Shown: positions 20,540-30,415, numbered from the stretch's first letter. The stretch is 47,723 bases of DNA from Fusobacterium sp. (GCA_041668805.1 JBAYCK010000001.1:1-47723), one strand, 5' to 3'. Notes: a model not told the origin generated them from the letters alone. Program-made: numbers and translations.

Positions 20540-21214
20540 ATGTCTTATATAAAAGAAGTAAATGAAATATTTGAAAAATTTTATAAATTATTTTATGAGT
20601 CTGAAGATTTAGCTTTAAAAAATGGAATAAAATGTTTAAGCCACACAGAATTACATATAATAGAGGCTATGGGTGAAGATTCAATAACAATGAATACTTT
20701 ATCTGAAAGACTAGGAATAACAATGGGGACAGCTACAGTTGCAATTACAAAGTTAGAAGAAAAGGGTTTTGCAATGAGAGTTAGATCTGATGTAGATAGA
20801 AGGAAAGTGTATGTATCACTGACTCCTAAGGGAAGAAAAGCACTAGAATACCATAATAACTATCATAAGAAAATAATGACAACTATTACAGAAAATATAA
20901 ATGAAAAAGATTTAAATGTATTTTTAGAAACTTTTGAAAAAATATTAGAAAATTTAAAAAATAAGTCAAAATTTTTAAAACCTAGTTCAATCATTGATTT
21001 TCCAATTGGGTCAAAGGTATCTGTAATTGAAATAAAAGGAACTCCAATAGTACAAGATTATTTTATGGGAAATGGAATAAATTCATGTAATGATTTAATT
21101 ATAGAAAATATAAAAGAAAATGAAAAAATAACTCTAAAAAAAGAAGACGGGAAACTTTTAGAATTAAATGTGTTAGATGCTAAAAATATAATTGTAGTTA
21201 GAAAGGAAAATTAA
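20540..21214 (+). CDS. MarR-family regulator with C-terminal FeoA-like domain
   Basis: Winged helix (LS.RLGITMGTATVAITKLEEKGF..R.RS..DRR.V.V.LT.KG); C-terminal ~70 aa resembles FeoA/SH3; ATG 20540 after AGGAGG. Confidence 0.8.
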   Translation: MSYIKEVNEIFEKFYKLFYESEDLALKNGIKCLSHTELHIIEAMGEDSITMNTLSERLGITMGTATVAITKLEEKGFAMRVRSDVDRRKVYVSLTPKGRKALEYHNNYHKKIMTTITENINEKDLNVFLETFEKILENLKNKSKFLKPSSIIDFPIGSKVSVIEIKGTPIVQDYFMGNGINSCNDLIIENIKENEKITLKKEDGKLLELNVLDAKNIIVVRKEN

Positions 21215-22848
21215 TGCTATATTTAGATGGAATTTCTCTTTCTAAAATTGTTCCTGAATTGGAAGAGGAAGTATTAAATAAAAAGGTAGGGAAAATTTTT
21301 CAAAATTCAGCTCTATCTTTAAATTTACATTTTGGGAAAAAGAAATTAAATTTTTCGTGTAGTCCATCTTTTCCAATATGTTATATAATAGATAAAAAAG
21401 AAGAAAGAATTATAGAGGAAAACTCGAATTTTTTAATGATTTTAAGAAAATATATAGTTAATTCATCTTTGAAAAAAATAGAACAATTAGGTTATGATAG
21501 AATACTTAAATTTACTTTTTTAAAGGTTAATGCTTTAGGAGAAAATGAAAAAAATTATTTATATTTTGAAATAATGGGGAAACGTTCAAATATAATTTTA
21601 ACAGATGAAAACGAGGAAATTATAGGATTATTAAAGAGGTTTACCATAGAAGAAAATGCTTTGAGATTTTTATTTAAAGGAGCTAAGTACGAGCAACCAA
21701 TAGTATCTCAAAAAGAGAACCCTAAATTAATTAATAGGGAAAAATTTAATAAGTATTTAACTGAAAATACTCTTTTACAAAAGATAGATGGAATAGGGAA
21801 AAAAACAGTAGAAATTCTAAAATCCTATGAAGATTTAGAAAATATTTTAAAAGCACCTATTAGATCTAGGATATATTTTAAAGATGACACTCCATTGTTA
21901 GGAACAGTTCTAGAAATACAACCTAAAGAATATGATGAAATAAAAGATTATGAAACTTTTAATGAAATGATTACAGAATATGTAAGCTCAAAGTTATTAG
22001 CTTCATCCCTTGTAGTCTTAAGAAATAGGTTACTCTCTAAAGTTGAAAAAGAAATAAAAAAATCAAAAAAAGTAATTAAAAATATTGAAAAAGATATGAT
22101 AATTATGGCTAATTATAAAGATTATAAAACTTTAGGAGATATTTTTGCATCAGTTATTTACTCTGTGAAAAAGGGAGACAAAAGTGTAAAAGCTTATGAT
22201 TTTTATAATGAAAAAGAAATAGAAATAGAAATTGATCCACTTTTAAGCCCTCAAAGTAATCTTAATAAAATTTATAAAAAATATTCTAAATTAAAAAAAG
22301 GATTAGAAATTTCCAATGAAAGAATTATTGAATATAAAAATAAGAAGTTATACTTAGAAAGTGTTTTATTCTTTATAAATACAAGCGAAACAACTGAACA
22401 ATTAAAAAATATAGAAACAGAATTAATAGATGAAAAAATAATAACATCTAAAGTTAAAAGAAAAATAAAAAAACAAAAAAAAGCTAAAGAACCAACATAT
22501 GGAACAGTTGAATTAGAAGATAAAATTATTTATTTTGGTAGAAATAATAAAGAAAATGATTATTTGACCTTTAAGTTTGCTAATAAAAATGATATGTGGT
22601 TTCATATAAAAGATATACCAGGTTCTCACATAATTGTGAGAAAAGAAGATTTTGAAGATTCTCAAGAATTTATTGTGAAAATAGCACAAATTGCGGCACA
22701 TTATTCAAAGGCTTCAGTTGGAGAAAAGGTAACAGTTGATTATACAGAGAAAAAGAATTTAAATAAACCAAAGGGAGCTCCTCTTGGTTTTGTAACATAT
22801 AATATATTTAAAGCAATTATAGTTGAGACTCCAAGTAAAAAAATATAA
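21214..22848 (+). CDS. rqcH: Ribosome quality control NFACT protein RqcH/FbpA
   Basis: DG N-terminus, LRK...Q...DRI, EIMG..SNIIL, NFACT-R domain GRNN.END.LT...D.WFH.KD.PGSH. Confidence 0.92.
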   Translation: MLYLDGISLSKIVPELEEEVLNKKVGKIFQNSALSLNLHFGKKKLNFSCSPSFPICYIIDKKEERIIEENSNFLMILRKYIVNSSLKKIEQLGYDRILKFTFLKVNALGENEKNYLYFEIMGKRSNIILTDENEEIIGLLKRFTIEENALRFLFKGAKYEQPIVSQKENPKLINREKFNKYLTENTLLQKIDGIGKKTVEILKSYEDLENILKAPIRSRIYFKDDTPLLGTVLEIQPKEYDEIKDYETFNEMITEYVSSKLLASSLVVLRNRLLSKVEKEIKKSKKVIKNIEKDMIIMANYKDYKTLGDIFASVIYSVKKGDKSVKAYDFYNEKEIEIEIDPLLSPQSNLNKIYKKYSKLKKGLEISNERIIEYKNKKLYLESVLFFINTSETTEQLKNIETELIDEKIITSKVKRKIKKQKKAKEPTYGTVELEDKIIYFGRNNKENDYLTFKFANKNDMWFHIKDIPGSHIIVRKEDFEDSQEFIVKIAQIAAHYSKASVGEKVTVDYTEKKNLNKPKGAPLGFVTYNIFKAIIVETPSKKI

Positions 22849-22849
22849 G

Positions 22850-22885
22850 AAAAGCACCTTTAAAGTTATTTAAAGGTGCTTTTTT
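22850..22885. terminator. Bidirectional terminator between convergent rqcH and MFS genes
   Basis: aaaagcacctttaaa...tttaaaggtgctttt. Confidence 0.85.
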
Positions 22886-22890
22886 ATAAA

Positions 22891-24075
22891 TTAAAGATTT
22901 TGACTAAATTGTTTTCTATTGATACTGTATAAAATTCCAGCAATTAAAAATGAGAAACTAACTAAAATGAAAGGTAACATCGTAAAATAGCCATATGCAA
23001 ATGCAGATATAAGTCCCCCAAGAATCATTCCAATAGCTTTAGAGGCATTAAAATATCCTGAAAGAAGCCCATAATTTTTATAATAACCCTCTGTATATAA
23101 GGATTGCTGAATAGGAATATAAATAGCATTACACATATAAAATAAAATACTTATTAGAAAAAATAAAGAAATATTTTTGTTAAATATTATAAGGGAAAAT
23201 CCAATTAAAGAATTAGCAATTAAAAGAATTGGCAAAGTTTTTCTTAAATTGAATTTTTTAATAAGGTATGGATTAATTATTAAGTTAACTAGAAGACTTA
23301 ATATTCCAATGATTCCCATAATTGTTCCATTATAAGAGGGAGGCAAATTTAATCCAGCTTTTATATGGAAGTTAAAACTATTATTAAATCCAACTCTTGA
23401 AAATTCACTAAACATAACTCCTATAAAAAATATTATAATTGGAAAAGTTAAAATGCTTTTTCCCTTTTTTAAATTAAAAATTTTAAAGCTTTCTAAAATA
23501 TTTAATTTTTGTTTATTTTTATTTTCTTCTTTCAAACTTTCAGGTAATAGTTTTTTAAAAAAAATAGCCTCTGTAAATAATAAAATTATTTGCAGTGCAA
23601 AGACATAATAAATATTTAAAGTGCCTATGAGACCACCAACAAAAAATCCAAAAGATCTTGCTATAGTTGCAATAGCAGCGTAAGTGGAGAAAACTTTTGC
23701 TTTATTATCTTTAAGAGTTACATCAGCAATATAGGCCAGTGCAATTACTTGAAATCCTCCTGAAAAAAGGCCACTTAAAAATCTGCAAAGAAGAATAATC
23801 TGTGGTATACTAAAAATAGAAAATCCCAATTGACCTACAGCATAGCCAGCTATACATATTCTAATTATAGGTATTCTTCCAACTCTATCACTAACATTTC
23901 CCCAAAAGGGAGATAAAAGCAAATTTCCAAAAGCCATTGAAGAAAAAAGTAATCCAAACATATAATCTGGCATATTCATCAATCTAATGTATGTAGGAGT
24001 TACAGGATGTATGAGATTATTAATAGTATTTATAAAAAAAAATACAGTGTAAAATTTTAAAATGTTATTTTGCAT
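22891..24075 (-). CDS. MFS transporter (DHA1/TetA-like)
   Basis: About 12 TMs, motif A WGNVSDRVGRIP, RFLSG. Confidence 0.88.
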   Translation of the reverse strand: MQNNILKFYTVFFFINTINNLIHPVTPTYIRLMNMPDYMFGLLFSSMAFGNLLLSPFWGNVSDRVGRIPIIRICIAGYAVGQLGFSIFSIPQIILLCRFLSGLFSGGFQVIALAYIADVTLKDNKAKVFSTYAAIATIARSFGFFVGGLIGTLNIYYVFALQIILLFTEAIFFKKLLPESLKEENKNKQKLNILESFKIFNLKKGKSILTFPIIIFFIGVMFSEFSRVGFNNSFNFHIKAGLNLPPSYNGTIMGIIGILSLLVNLIINPYLIKKFNLRKTLPILLIANSLIGFSLIIFNKNISLFFLISILFYMCNAIYIPIQQSLYTEGYYKNYGLLSGYFNASKAIGMILGGLISAFAYGYFTMLPFILVSFSFLIAGILYSINRKQFSQNL

Positions 24076-24109
24076 ATGAGTTTTCTCCTTATTAATAAAG
24101 TCTTTGAAT

Positions 24110-24183
24110 AGTTTAAGCTAATAATAGGATCAAGTCAACTACTTTATATAGATATTGACAAAAAATATAAAAAAATATATAAT
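24110..24183. promoter_or_regulatory. Divergent sigma70 promoters for MFS (-) and SDR (+)
   Basis: Plus: TTGACA-N17-TATAAT (24155-24183); minus: TTGACT-N17-TAAACT (24138-24110). Confidence 0.7.
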
Positions 24184-24216
24184 TACATATGTAATTGAAA
24201 AAAACAGGAGGTAGTC

Positions 24217-24942
24217 ATGAATAGAATAGAAGGGAAAATTGCTTTAGTAACAGGTGGAGCAATGGGAATAGGAAGAGCAATAGTTGAAAGATTTGCATCA
24301 GAAGGAGCTAAAGTTGTAATCGCCTGTGATATTAATCCATGTGAATATGAACAAGAAAATATAGTTGGAAAAATATTAAATGTAACAGATAGAGAGGGTA
24401 TAAAAACTCTAGTTAAAGAAGTAGTTGAGGAATATGGAACTATTGATATTCTAGTTAATAATGCAGGAATAACTCAAGATGGACCTTTTGTAAGAATGAA
24501 AGAATCTCAATGGGATTCTGTAATAGATATTAATTTAAAGGGTGTTTTTAATGTAACTCAAGCAGTTGCACCAGTAATGACTAAACATAAAAAAGGATCA
24601 ATAATTACATTATCATCAGTTGTGGGAATATATGGAAATATAGGACAAACAAATTATGCTGCAACTAAAGCAGGTGTAATTGGTATGACACAAACTTGGA
24701 AAAAAGAGTTAGCTAGAAAGGGAGCTCAAATTAGAGTTAACTGTGTTGCACCAGGATTTATCCAAAGTCCAATGACAGAAAAATTATCAGAAAAAGCTGT
24801 TGAAAATATTTTAAGTGGAGTTCCTTTAAAAAGAATGGGAACTAAAGAAGATGTTGCAAATACAGTTTTATTTTTAGCAAGTGATGAATCTTCATATATA
24901 TCAGGGGTAACAATTCCTATTTCTGGTGGATTATCATTCTAA
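24217..24942 (+). CDS. fabG: 3-oxoacyl-ACP reductase / FabG-like SDR
   Basis: TGGAMGIG, NNAGIT.D, GN.GQTNYAATKAG, VAPGFI. Confidence 0.8.
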   Translation: MNRIEGKIALVTGGAMGIGRAIVERFASEGAKVVIACDINPCEYEQENIVGKILNVTDREGIKTLVKEVVEEYGTIDILVNNAGITQDGPFVRMKESQWDSVIDINLKGVFNVTQAVAPVMTKHKKGSIITLSSVVGIYGNIGQTNYAATKAGVIGMTQTWKKELARKGAQIRVNCVAPGFIQSPMTEKLSEKAVENILSGVPLKRMGTKEDVANTVLFLASDESSYISGVTIPISGGLSF

Positions 24943-24954
24943 ATAATTAATTAA

Positions 24955-24999
24955 ATAATAAAAAAGCGAAAATAAAATTATTTTCGCTTTTTTTATTAT
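24955..24999. terminator. Bidirectional terminator between SDR and lysR
   Basis: aataataaaaaagcgaaaataa...ttattttcgcttttttattatt. Confidence 0.85.
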
Positions 25000-25902
25000 T
25001 TAATGGTTAATCATGGCATTTTCTGCTAGTTTTATAAATTCAGCTACAATATAAGGTCTATGAATAATTTTCTTTTTGTAAACAATATAAAAAGTTCTAT
25101 TACTATCAACATTTTTAATTTTATAATAGTTTGAATTTCTATCTTTATTAATGGAACTAGGAACAAAACCAACACCCATATTTTGAGCTACCAAAGAATT
25201 TATTGTGTCAAAATCTTTAGATTCTAAAATACAATTTGGAGTAAAGTTTAAACTTTTGCAAATATTATCAATAATTTTTCTAGATTTAAACTCTTTTATT
25301 AATAGAATAAAACTTTCGTTTTTAAAATTAGTTAAATCAATTTCTTTAATATCTTGATTTTCACCAAAGTCTCTATTAAGATGATTGTTTTTAGCAATGG
25401 CTAATAGTATATTTTCTTCGAAAAATTTTTTATAGGAAAGAGTAGATTTTTTTTCCTGAAAAGTAGAGACAACAATGTCTAACTTGTTTTCTAGTAATAA
25501 TTTTTCTAAATTAGCTGAATAATCTTCAATTATTTTTATTTGTACATTTGGAAGCATTTTTTTATAAAATGGTATTAGCTTGGGAAGAAAGTATTTTCCA
25601 TATGATTGATGAATACCAAGTCGAATAATTTTTTTTTTGCAAGAAGCTAAGGTATTAAGCTCAGTATTAAATTTATTTGTAAGGGATAAGATTTCTTCAC
25701 CTTTTTTCAAGAACATTTCTCCAGCAAATGTTAAAGATATATTTTTATTGTTTCTTCTGAAAAGTTGAAGGCCAAGTTCTTTCTCAAGCTTTGTAATAGA
25801 CTGACTCAAAGCAGACTGGCTTACAAAAATTGCATCAGCAGCTTTTGAAAAACTTTCATATTTAGCAATTGCAATTACATATTCTATTTCTTTAAGTGTC
25901 AT
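25000..25902 (-). CDS. LysR-type transcriptional regulator
   Basis: SFSKAA..IFVSQSALSQ.I.KLE.ELG..LF.R HTH plus substrate-binding domain; 300 aa. Confidence 0.95.
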   Translation of the reverse strand: MTLKEIEYVIAIAKYESFSKAADAIFVSQSALSQSITKLEKELGLQLFRRNNKNISLTFAGEMFLKKGEEILSLTNKFNTELNTLASCKKKIIRLGIHQSYGKYFLPKLIPFYKKMLPNVQIKIIEDYSANLEKLLLENKLDIVVSTFQEKKSTLSYKKFFEENILLAIAKNNHLNRDFGENQDIKEIDLTNFKNESFILLIKEFKSRKIIDNICKSLNFTPNCILESKDFDTINSLVAQNMGVGFVPSSINKDRNSNYYKIKNVDSNRTFYIVYKKKIIHRPYIVAEFIKLAENAMINH

Positions 25903-25915
25903 TATTTTTCTCCTT

Positions 25916-25980
25916 ATAAGTTTTACTTATGGATATATTATATAATAATATTTTACAAAATACAATATTATTGATAGAAT
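25916..25980 (+). promoter_or_regulatory. LysR box (ATAAG-N5-CTTAT, T-N11-A) plus promoter TTTACA-N17-TAGAAT with extended -10
   Basis: Palindrome 25916-25930; -35 at 25952-57; TG at 25972-73; -10 at 25975-80. Confidence 0.65.
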
Positions 25981-25986
25981 TACTTT

Positions 25987-26091
25987 ATACAAGACGGAAT
26001 TGAATTCCAAAGATTAGCCGTCTAATTTCCTTAATCTTATACTTATAAATAAAAAAGAAAATGAAAGTTGCCCCTTTCATTTTCTTTTTTT
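25987..26091 (+). ncRNA. Candidate LysR-regulated sRNA (~105 nt)
   Basis: Promoter divergent from lysR, GC-rich 5' hairpin (agacgg/ccgtct), no ORF, ends at terminator 26051-26091. Confidence 0.55.
26051..26091. terminator. Bidirectional terminator (pyr operon end / sRNA end)
   Basis: aaaaaagaaaatgaaag-ttgccc-ctttcattttctttttt. Confidence 0.85.
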
Positions 26092-26099
26092 ATTAGTAG

Positions 26100-26723
26100 T
26101 TATTTTCCCCAAGTGTTAGGAGATTTATTCCATTTTAATGCTATTTCTTTTTCTTCTGTAGTAAGATATTTTTTTTCAGCAGCAAGTTCAATAAGAGTTG
26201 TAAAATTAGAAATATTTTCAAGTTTTACATTTGCTTCTTTAAAGTTTTCAATAGCTTTTGGAAATTCATATGAAAATATAGCCACTACTTCAACTTCTTT
26301 TGCTCCAGCTTCTCTAGAAGCCTTTACAGCCTTAATTGAACTTCCCCCAGTGGAAATTAAATCTTCAATAACTATTACTTTTTTTCCTTGAAAATCAGCT
26401 CCCTCAATTTGTTGCCCAGCTCCATGATCTTTTTTAGCAGAACGAATATATGCCATTGGAACATTTAATCTTTCAGCGATAAATCCAGCCCAAGGAATTC
26501 CAGCAGTTGCAGTTCCTGCGATTATATCAAAATTTTTATTTTTTAAAATATCAATAAAACCATCTACAACAATTTTTCTTTCTTCAGGATAGCCAATCAT
26601 TTTTCTATTATCACAATAAATTGGACTTTTTATTCCAGAGACAAAGGTAAATGGCTCCTTTACATTTAATTTAACAGCTCCAACAGACAATAAAGAATTT
26701 GCAACATCTTTTGCTCTACTCAT
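26100..26723 (-). CDS. pyrE: Orotate phosphoribosyltransferase
   Basis: PFT..SGIKSPIYCDNR, AGTATAGIP, VIEDLISTGGS. Confidence 0.96.
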   Translation of the reverse strand: MSRAKDVANSLLSVGAVKLNVKEPFTFVSGIKSPIYCDNRKMIGYPEERKIVVDGFIDILKNKNFDIIAGTATAGIPWAGFIAERLNVPMAYIRSAKKDHGAGQQIEGADFQGKKVIVIEDLISTGGSSIKAVKASREAGAKEVEVVAIFSYEFPKAIENFKEANVKLENISNFTTLIELAAEKKYLTTEEKEIALKWNKSPNTWGK

Positions 26724-26724
26724 A

Positions 26725-27930
26725 TTAAATCACTTCCTTTCCTATTTTAAATTCATTAAATATTCCATTATTATATACAATATTACCTCTTACAATTGTA
26801 GTAATAATATTGCCCCCTTTGTTAAAATCTTCATAAGGGGTCCAATTACATTTTGATATTATATTTTTTTTATCTATTTTTTCATTAATATTTAAATCAA
26901 CAAGCAAAATATCAGCATCATAACCTATTTCTAAACTTCCTTTTCCTTTTAGGTTAAATATTTTACTGGGATTTTCACTCATAAGTCTTTTTAAAGTTTC
27001 AATATCTAATTTTTTTTCTTTTACAGCTTGTAGCATTAATTCCAATGAATTTTCTACTCCAGGAATTCCATAAATTGTATTTTCCTTTTTTTCTTCCAAT
27101 GTATGAGGAGCATGGTCAGTTCCTATAGTATCTATAATTCCTTCATTTATAGCCTTCCAAAGGGCATTGTTATCTGCCTTTGTTTTTAACTGAGGTTTCA
27201 TAACTAAAAGAGGATTGTCTTTTAAATTTTCTTTGTTTAAAAATAAATGATGGGGGGTAACTTCCCCGTAAACTTTTAATTTTTTTTCTTTAGCTTCTCT
27301 TAAATATTCTATTTCTTCCTCAGTTGAAAGATGGCACAGATAAAGGGGAGTATTGGTTTTTTCAGATATTTCAATAGCTTTTTTCACCATTTTTCCTTCT
27401 GCATGTACAGCTACTAATTTTGAATTTTCAAATATATTTTTTAACACTTTCTCATCTTCAACAAGCATATTTCCTGTGGAAACATTCATAAAAATTTTAG
27501 TTGCCACTGAAATATTAATAGTTTTTTTAACTTCGTTACTATTATCTAATTTACTACCTCCAAAATAAAAGGCATAATCTACAAAACTTCTATTTTTAGA
27601 ATTTTCTTTTTTCTTTAGAAGTTCTTCTTTAGTTATAACATTTGGAATAGTGTTTGGCATGTCTAAAAACGTAGTTATTCCTCCTTTAGCGCAAGCCATG
27701 CTTCCAGTTGTAAAGTCTTCCTTGTAAGTAAGCCCAGGATCTCTCATATGAGTGTGAGGATCAATTATTCCAGGAAGAGCGTATTTTCCATTAGCATAAA
27801 TAATTAAATTGTCTTTATTATATTTCAAATGTATTTCGTCTTGGATTTTAGATATTTTTTCATTCTCAATTAAAATATCTTTAGAAACTGCTTTATTATT
27901 TATAAAAATCAAAGCATTTTTAATTAACAT
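26725..27930 (-). CDS. pyrC: Dihydroorotase
   Basis: PG.ID.HTHMRDPG, DMPNT, EVTPHHL, GTDHAPH; inside the pyr operon. Confidence 0.93.
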   Translation of the reverse strand: MLIKNALIFINNKAVSKDILIENEKISKIQDEIHLKYNKDNLIIYANGKYALPGIIDPHTHMRDPGLTYKEDFTTGSMACAKGGITTFLDMPNTIPNVITKEELLKKKENSKNRSFVDYAFYFGGSKLDNSNEVKKTINISVATKIFMNVSTGNMLVEDEKVLKNIFENSKLVAVHAEGKMVKKAIEISEKTNTPLYLCHLSTEEEIEYLREAKEKKLKVYGEVTPHHLFLNKENLKDNPLLVMKPQLKTKADNNALWKAINEGIIDTIGTDHAPHTLEEKKENTIYGIPGVENSLELMLQAVKEKKLDIETLKRLMSENPSKIFNLKGKGSLEIGYDADILLVDLNINEKIDKKNIISKCNWTPYEDFNKGGNIITTIVRGNIVYNNGIFNEFKIGKEVI

Positions 27931-27943
27931 TTTGTCACCTCTT

Positions 27944-28666
27944 TTAATTAATTTTTAAAATTAGCCCTTCTTCAATTTCCTTTATAATTAATTTCACTGC
28001 TTTTTTAGGATCTTCGTTTTTAGTAATTGGTCTTCCTACAACTAAGAAATCGCAACCATTTATAATAGCATTTTTAGGAGTCATAATTCTTTTTTGATCA
28101 TTTGTAGCTGCCCAAAGAGGTCTTACTCCAGGACAGACGGTTTTAAAATCATCTCCTAAGTTTTCTTTTATTAAATTAGCTTCCCAAGGGGAACAAACAA
28201 TTCCATTCATTCCAGATTCTTTAGACAAAGTAGCTAAATTCATAGCAAGTTCTTGTATGCTAGCTTTTGTTTTAAAGGTTTCTTTTATTTCTTCTTCAGA
28301 AAAACTAGTTAGAATAGTTACAGCAATAAGAAGAGAAGATTTATTTATTTTTCTGACTTCTTCAACAACTTTAGTCATCATTTTTTTACCACCAGTAGCA
28401 TGGACATTAAACATAAAAACATCCTTTTTAGCAGCAAAAATAGCAGCCATAGCAGTTGTATTTGGAATATCATGAAATTTTAAATCTAAAAATATTTTTT
28501 TATTATTATCCTTTAAATATTTAAGTATTTCTCCATTGGAATTTAAGAATAACTCAAGTCCAACTTTATAAAAAGTAGCCTCATCTTCTAATGTTTCTAT
28601 TAACCTAATAGCATCTTCCATTTTTGGAAAATCTAAAGCTATTATTAATCTGTCTTTTCCGTTCAT
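27944..28666 (-). CDS. pyrF: Orotidine-5'-phosphate decarboxylase
   Basis: ALD, KVG.EL, FLDLKFHDIPNT, PGVR, DQKR, VVGRPI. Confidence 0.97.
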   Translation of the reverse strand: MNGKDRLIIALDFPKMEDAIRLIETLEDEATFYKVGLELFLNSNGEILKYLKDNNKKIFLDLKFHDIPNTTAMAAIFAAKKDVFMFNVHATGGKKMMTKVVEEVRKINKSSLLIAVTILTSFSEEEIKETFKTKASIQELAMNLATLSKESGMNGIVCSPWEANLIKENLGDDFKTVCPGVRPLWAATNDQKRIMTPKNAIINGCDFLVVGRPITKNEDPKKAVKLIIKEIEEGLILKIN

Positions 28667-28691
28667 AATTAGTCCTCCATATTTAGTGAAA

Positions 28692-29612
28692 TTATTTTTT
28701 AAAGGCTATTCCTTTTATATCTTGCAAATTATTTAAATTGTTTTCAATACAATAATTATTTAATCCTTCTTTTATTTCAAGTGGTAAAAGTGGATTTGGA
28801 AAAATTCCAGTTCCAATGGAGACCATAGTAGCTCCAGCCATTATAAATTCAATTGCATCCTCCCAAGAGTTAATTCCACCCATTCCAATGATTGGAATAT
28901 TTATATTTTGTGCCACTTGATAAACCATTCTTACAGCAACTGGTCTAACAGCAGGGCCAGATAATCCTCCAAAAGTATTTCCTAAGATTGGAGTACCTTT
29001 TTTAATATCTATTTTCATACCAAGCAATGTATTTATCATTGAAATAGCATCAGCTCCACTTTCTTCTACAATTTTAGCAATTTCAACTATATTTGTAACA
29101 TTTGGAGAAAGTTTAACAATTAAAGGTTTGTCTAAAACTTTTTTAACTTCTTTAGTAATTTTTCCTGCAACTTCAGGATTTGCTCCAAAAGCCATTCCAC
29201 CATCTTTAACATTTGGGCAAGAAATATTTAACTCTACCATATGAATTTCTTTTATTTTATTAACCCTTTTAGCAATTTCAACATATTGTTCAAGAGTACT
29301 TCCATTTATATTTACAATTATTTTTGTATTAATGTTTTGTTTTATTAAATTTGGAATAATTTCATTTTCAAGAACATCAATTCCAGGATTTTCAAGACCA
29401 ACACAATTTAACATTCCACTGGGAGTCTCAGCTATTCTAGTTCCTAAATTTCCAGTTCTAGGTTCTAAAGTTAAACCTTTAAGTACAATTCCACCTAATT
29501 CATTTGGATTAAAATAATCTTTATATTCTAATCCAAATCCAAAACAACCAGAAGAAGTTAAAATAGGATTATTAAAGTCAATACCTAAAAAATTTACATT
29601 TAATTTTTTCAA
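28692..29612 (-). CDS. pyrD: Dihydroorotate dehydrogenase family 1B, catalytic subunit
   Basis: SGCFG, ELNISCPNV, VKLSPN, INT, GGLSGPA; TTG start. Confidence 0.96.
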   Translation of the reverse strand: MKKLNVNFLGIDFNNPILTSSGCFGFGLEYKDYFNPNELGGIVLKGLTLEPRTGNLGTRIAETPSGMLNCVGLENPGIDVLENEIIPNLIKQNINTKIIVNINGSTLEQYVEIAKRVNKIKEIHMVELNISCPNVKDGGMAFGANPEVAGKITKEVKKVLDKPLIVKLSPNVTNIVEIAKIVEESGADAISMINTLLGMKIDIKKGTPILGNTFGGLSGPAVRPVAVRMVYQVAQNINIPIIGMGGINSWEDAIEFIMAGATMVSIGTGIFPNPLLPLEIKEGLNNYCIENNLNNLQDIKGIAFKK

Positions 29613-29628
29613 TTTATATCCCCCTTAA

Positions 29629-30396
29629 TTATTTATTAATAATAATTTTGCTATTAAATACAGGACCATCTTTACATACTTTTTTCATGCCATTCTTTGT
29701 AAGAATAGAGCATCCTACACAAGCTCCAACTCCACAAGCCATTCTTTCTTCAAGGGAAACTTCACATGAAATATTTTTACTATCAGCTATATTCATAATA
29801 TGTTTCATCATTATAGATGGGCCACAAGCGTATATTTTATCAACTTTCATTTCTTTCAAAAGAGAAAGTAGAGGGACAGTTACATTCCCTTTTATTCCAA
29901 GAGAACCGTCGTCTGTTGTAATAATTGTTTTTATAGTTTCAAGATTAAAATTTTCTAAAATTTTTATGCTATTTTTATTTCTACCTCCAGAAATAAAGGT
30001 AACATTATTTTTTTTAGAAAGAATATCAATTAAGAATTTCATAGGAGCCATTCCCATTCCTCCACCAATAACAACAATATTTTCTTTTTCCACTTGAATA
30101 TCAAATCCATTTCCAAGAGGACCTTGTAAATTAATAATTTCTCCTGACTTTATATTTTTAAAGTCTTTAGTTCCCTCTCCTTTAACTTCATAATAGAATT
30201 CAATAATATTTTTATTTTTTGATATGTAGTGAAGACTAATGGGCCTTCTTAATAAAGTAGATTTATTTTTGCATTGAAGCATATAAAATTGACCAGGTTT
30301 AGCTAAAGCTATGGATTTTTCACTTTTTAATTTTAATAGGTAATAAGAATCTGAAATTTTAATATTTTCTAAAACCATGCAATCTTCTAAAAACAT
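29629..30396 (-). CDS. pyrK: Dihydroorotate dehydrogenase electron transfer subunit
   Basis: PGQF, LRRPIS, GPLGNGF, ACGP, EERMACGVGAC.GC...C.DGPVF; ATG at 30396 after GGAGG. Confidence 0.95.
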   Translation of the reverse strand: MFLEDCMVLENIKISDSYYLLKLKSEKSIALAKPGQFYMLQCKNKSTLLRRPISLHYISKNKNIIEFYYEVKGEGTKDFKNIKSGEIINLQGPLGNGFDIQVEKENIVVIGGGMGMAPMKFLIDILSKKNNVTFISGGRNKNSIKILENFNLETIKTIITTDDGSLGIKGNVTVPLLSLLKEMKVDKIYACGPSIMMKHIMNIADSKNISCEVSLEERMACGVGACVGCSILTKNGMKKVCKDGPVFNSKIIINK

Positions 30397-30415
30397 ATAT
30401 TCCTCCATATATTAA

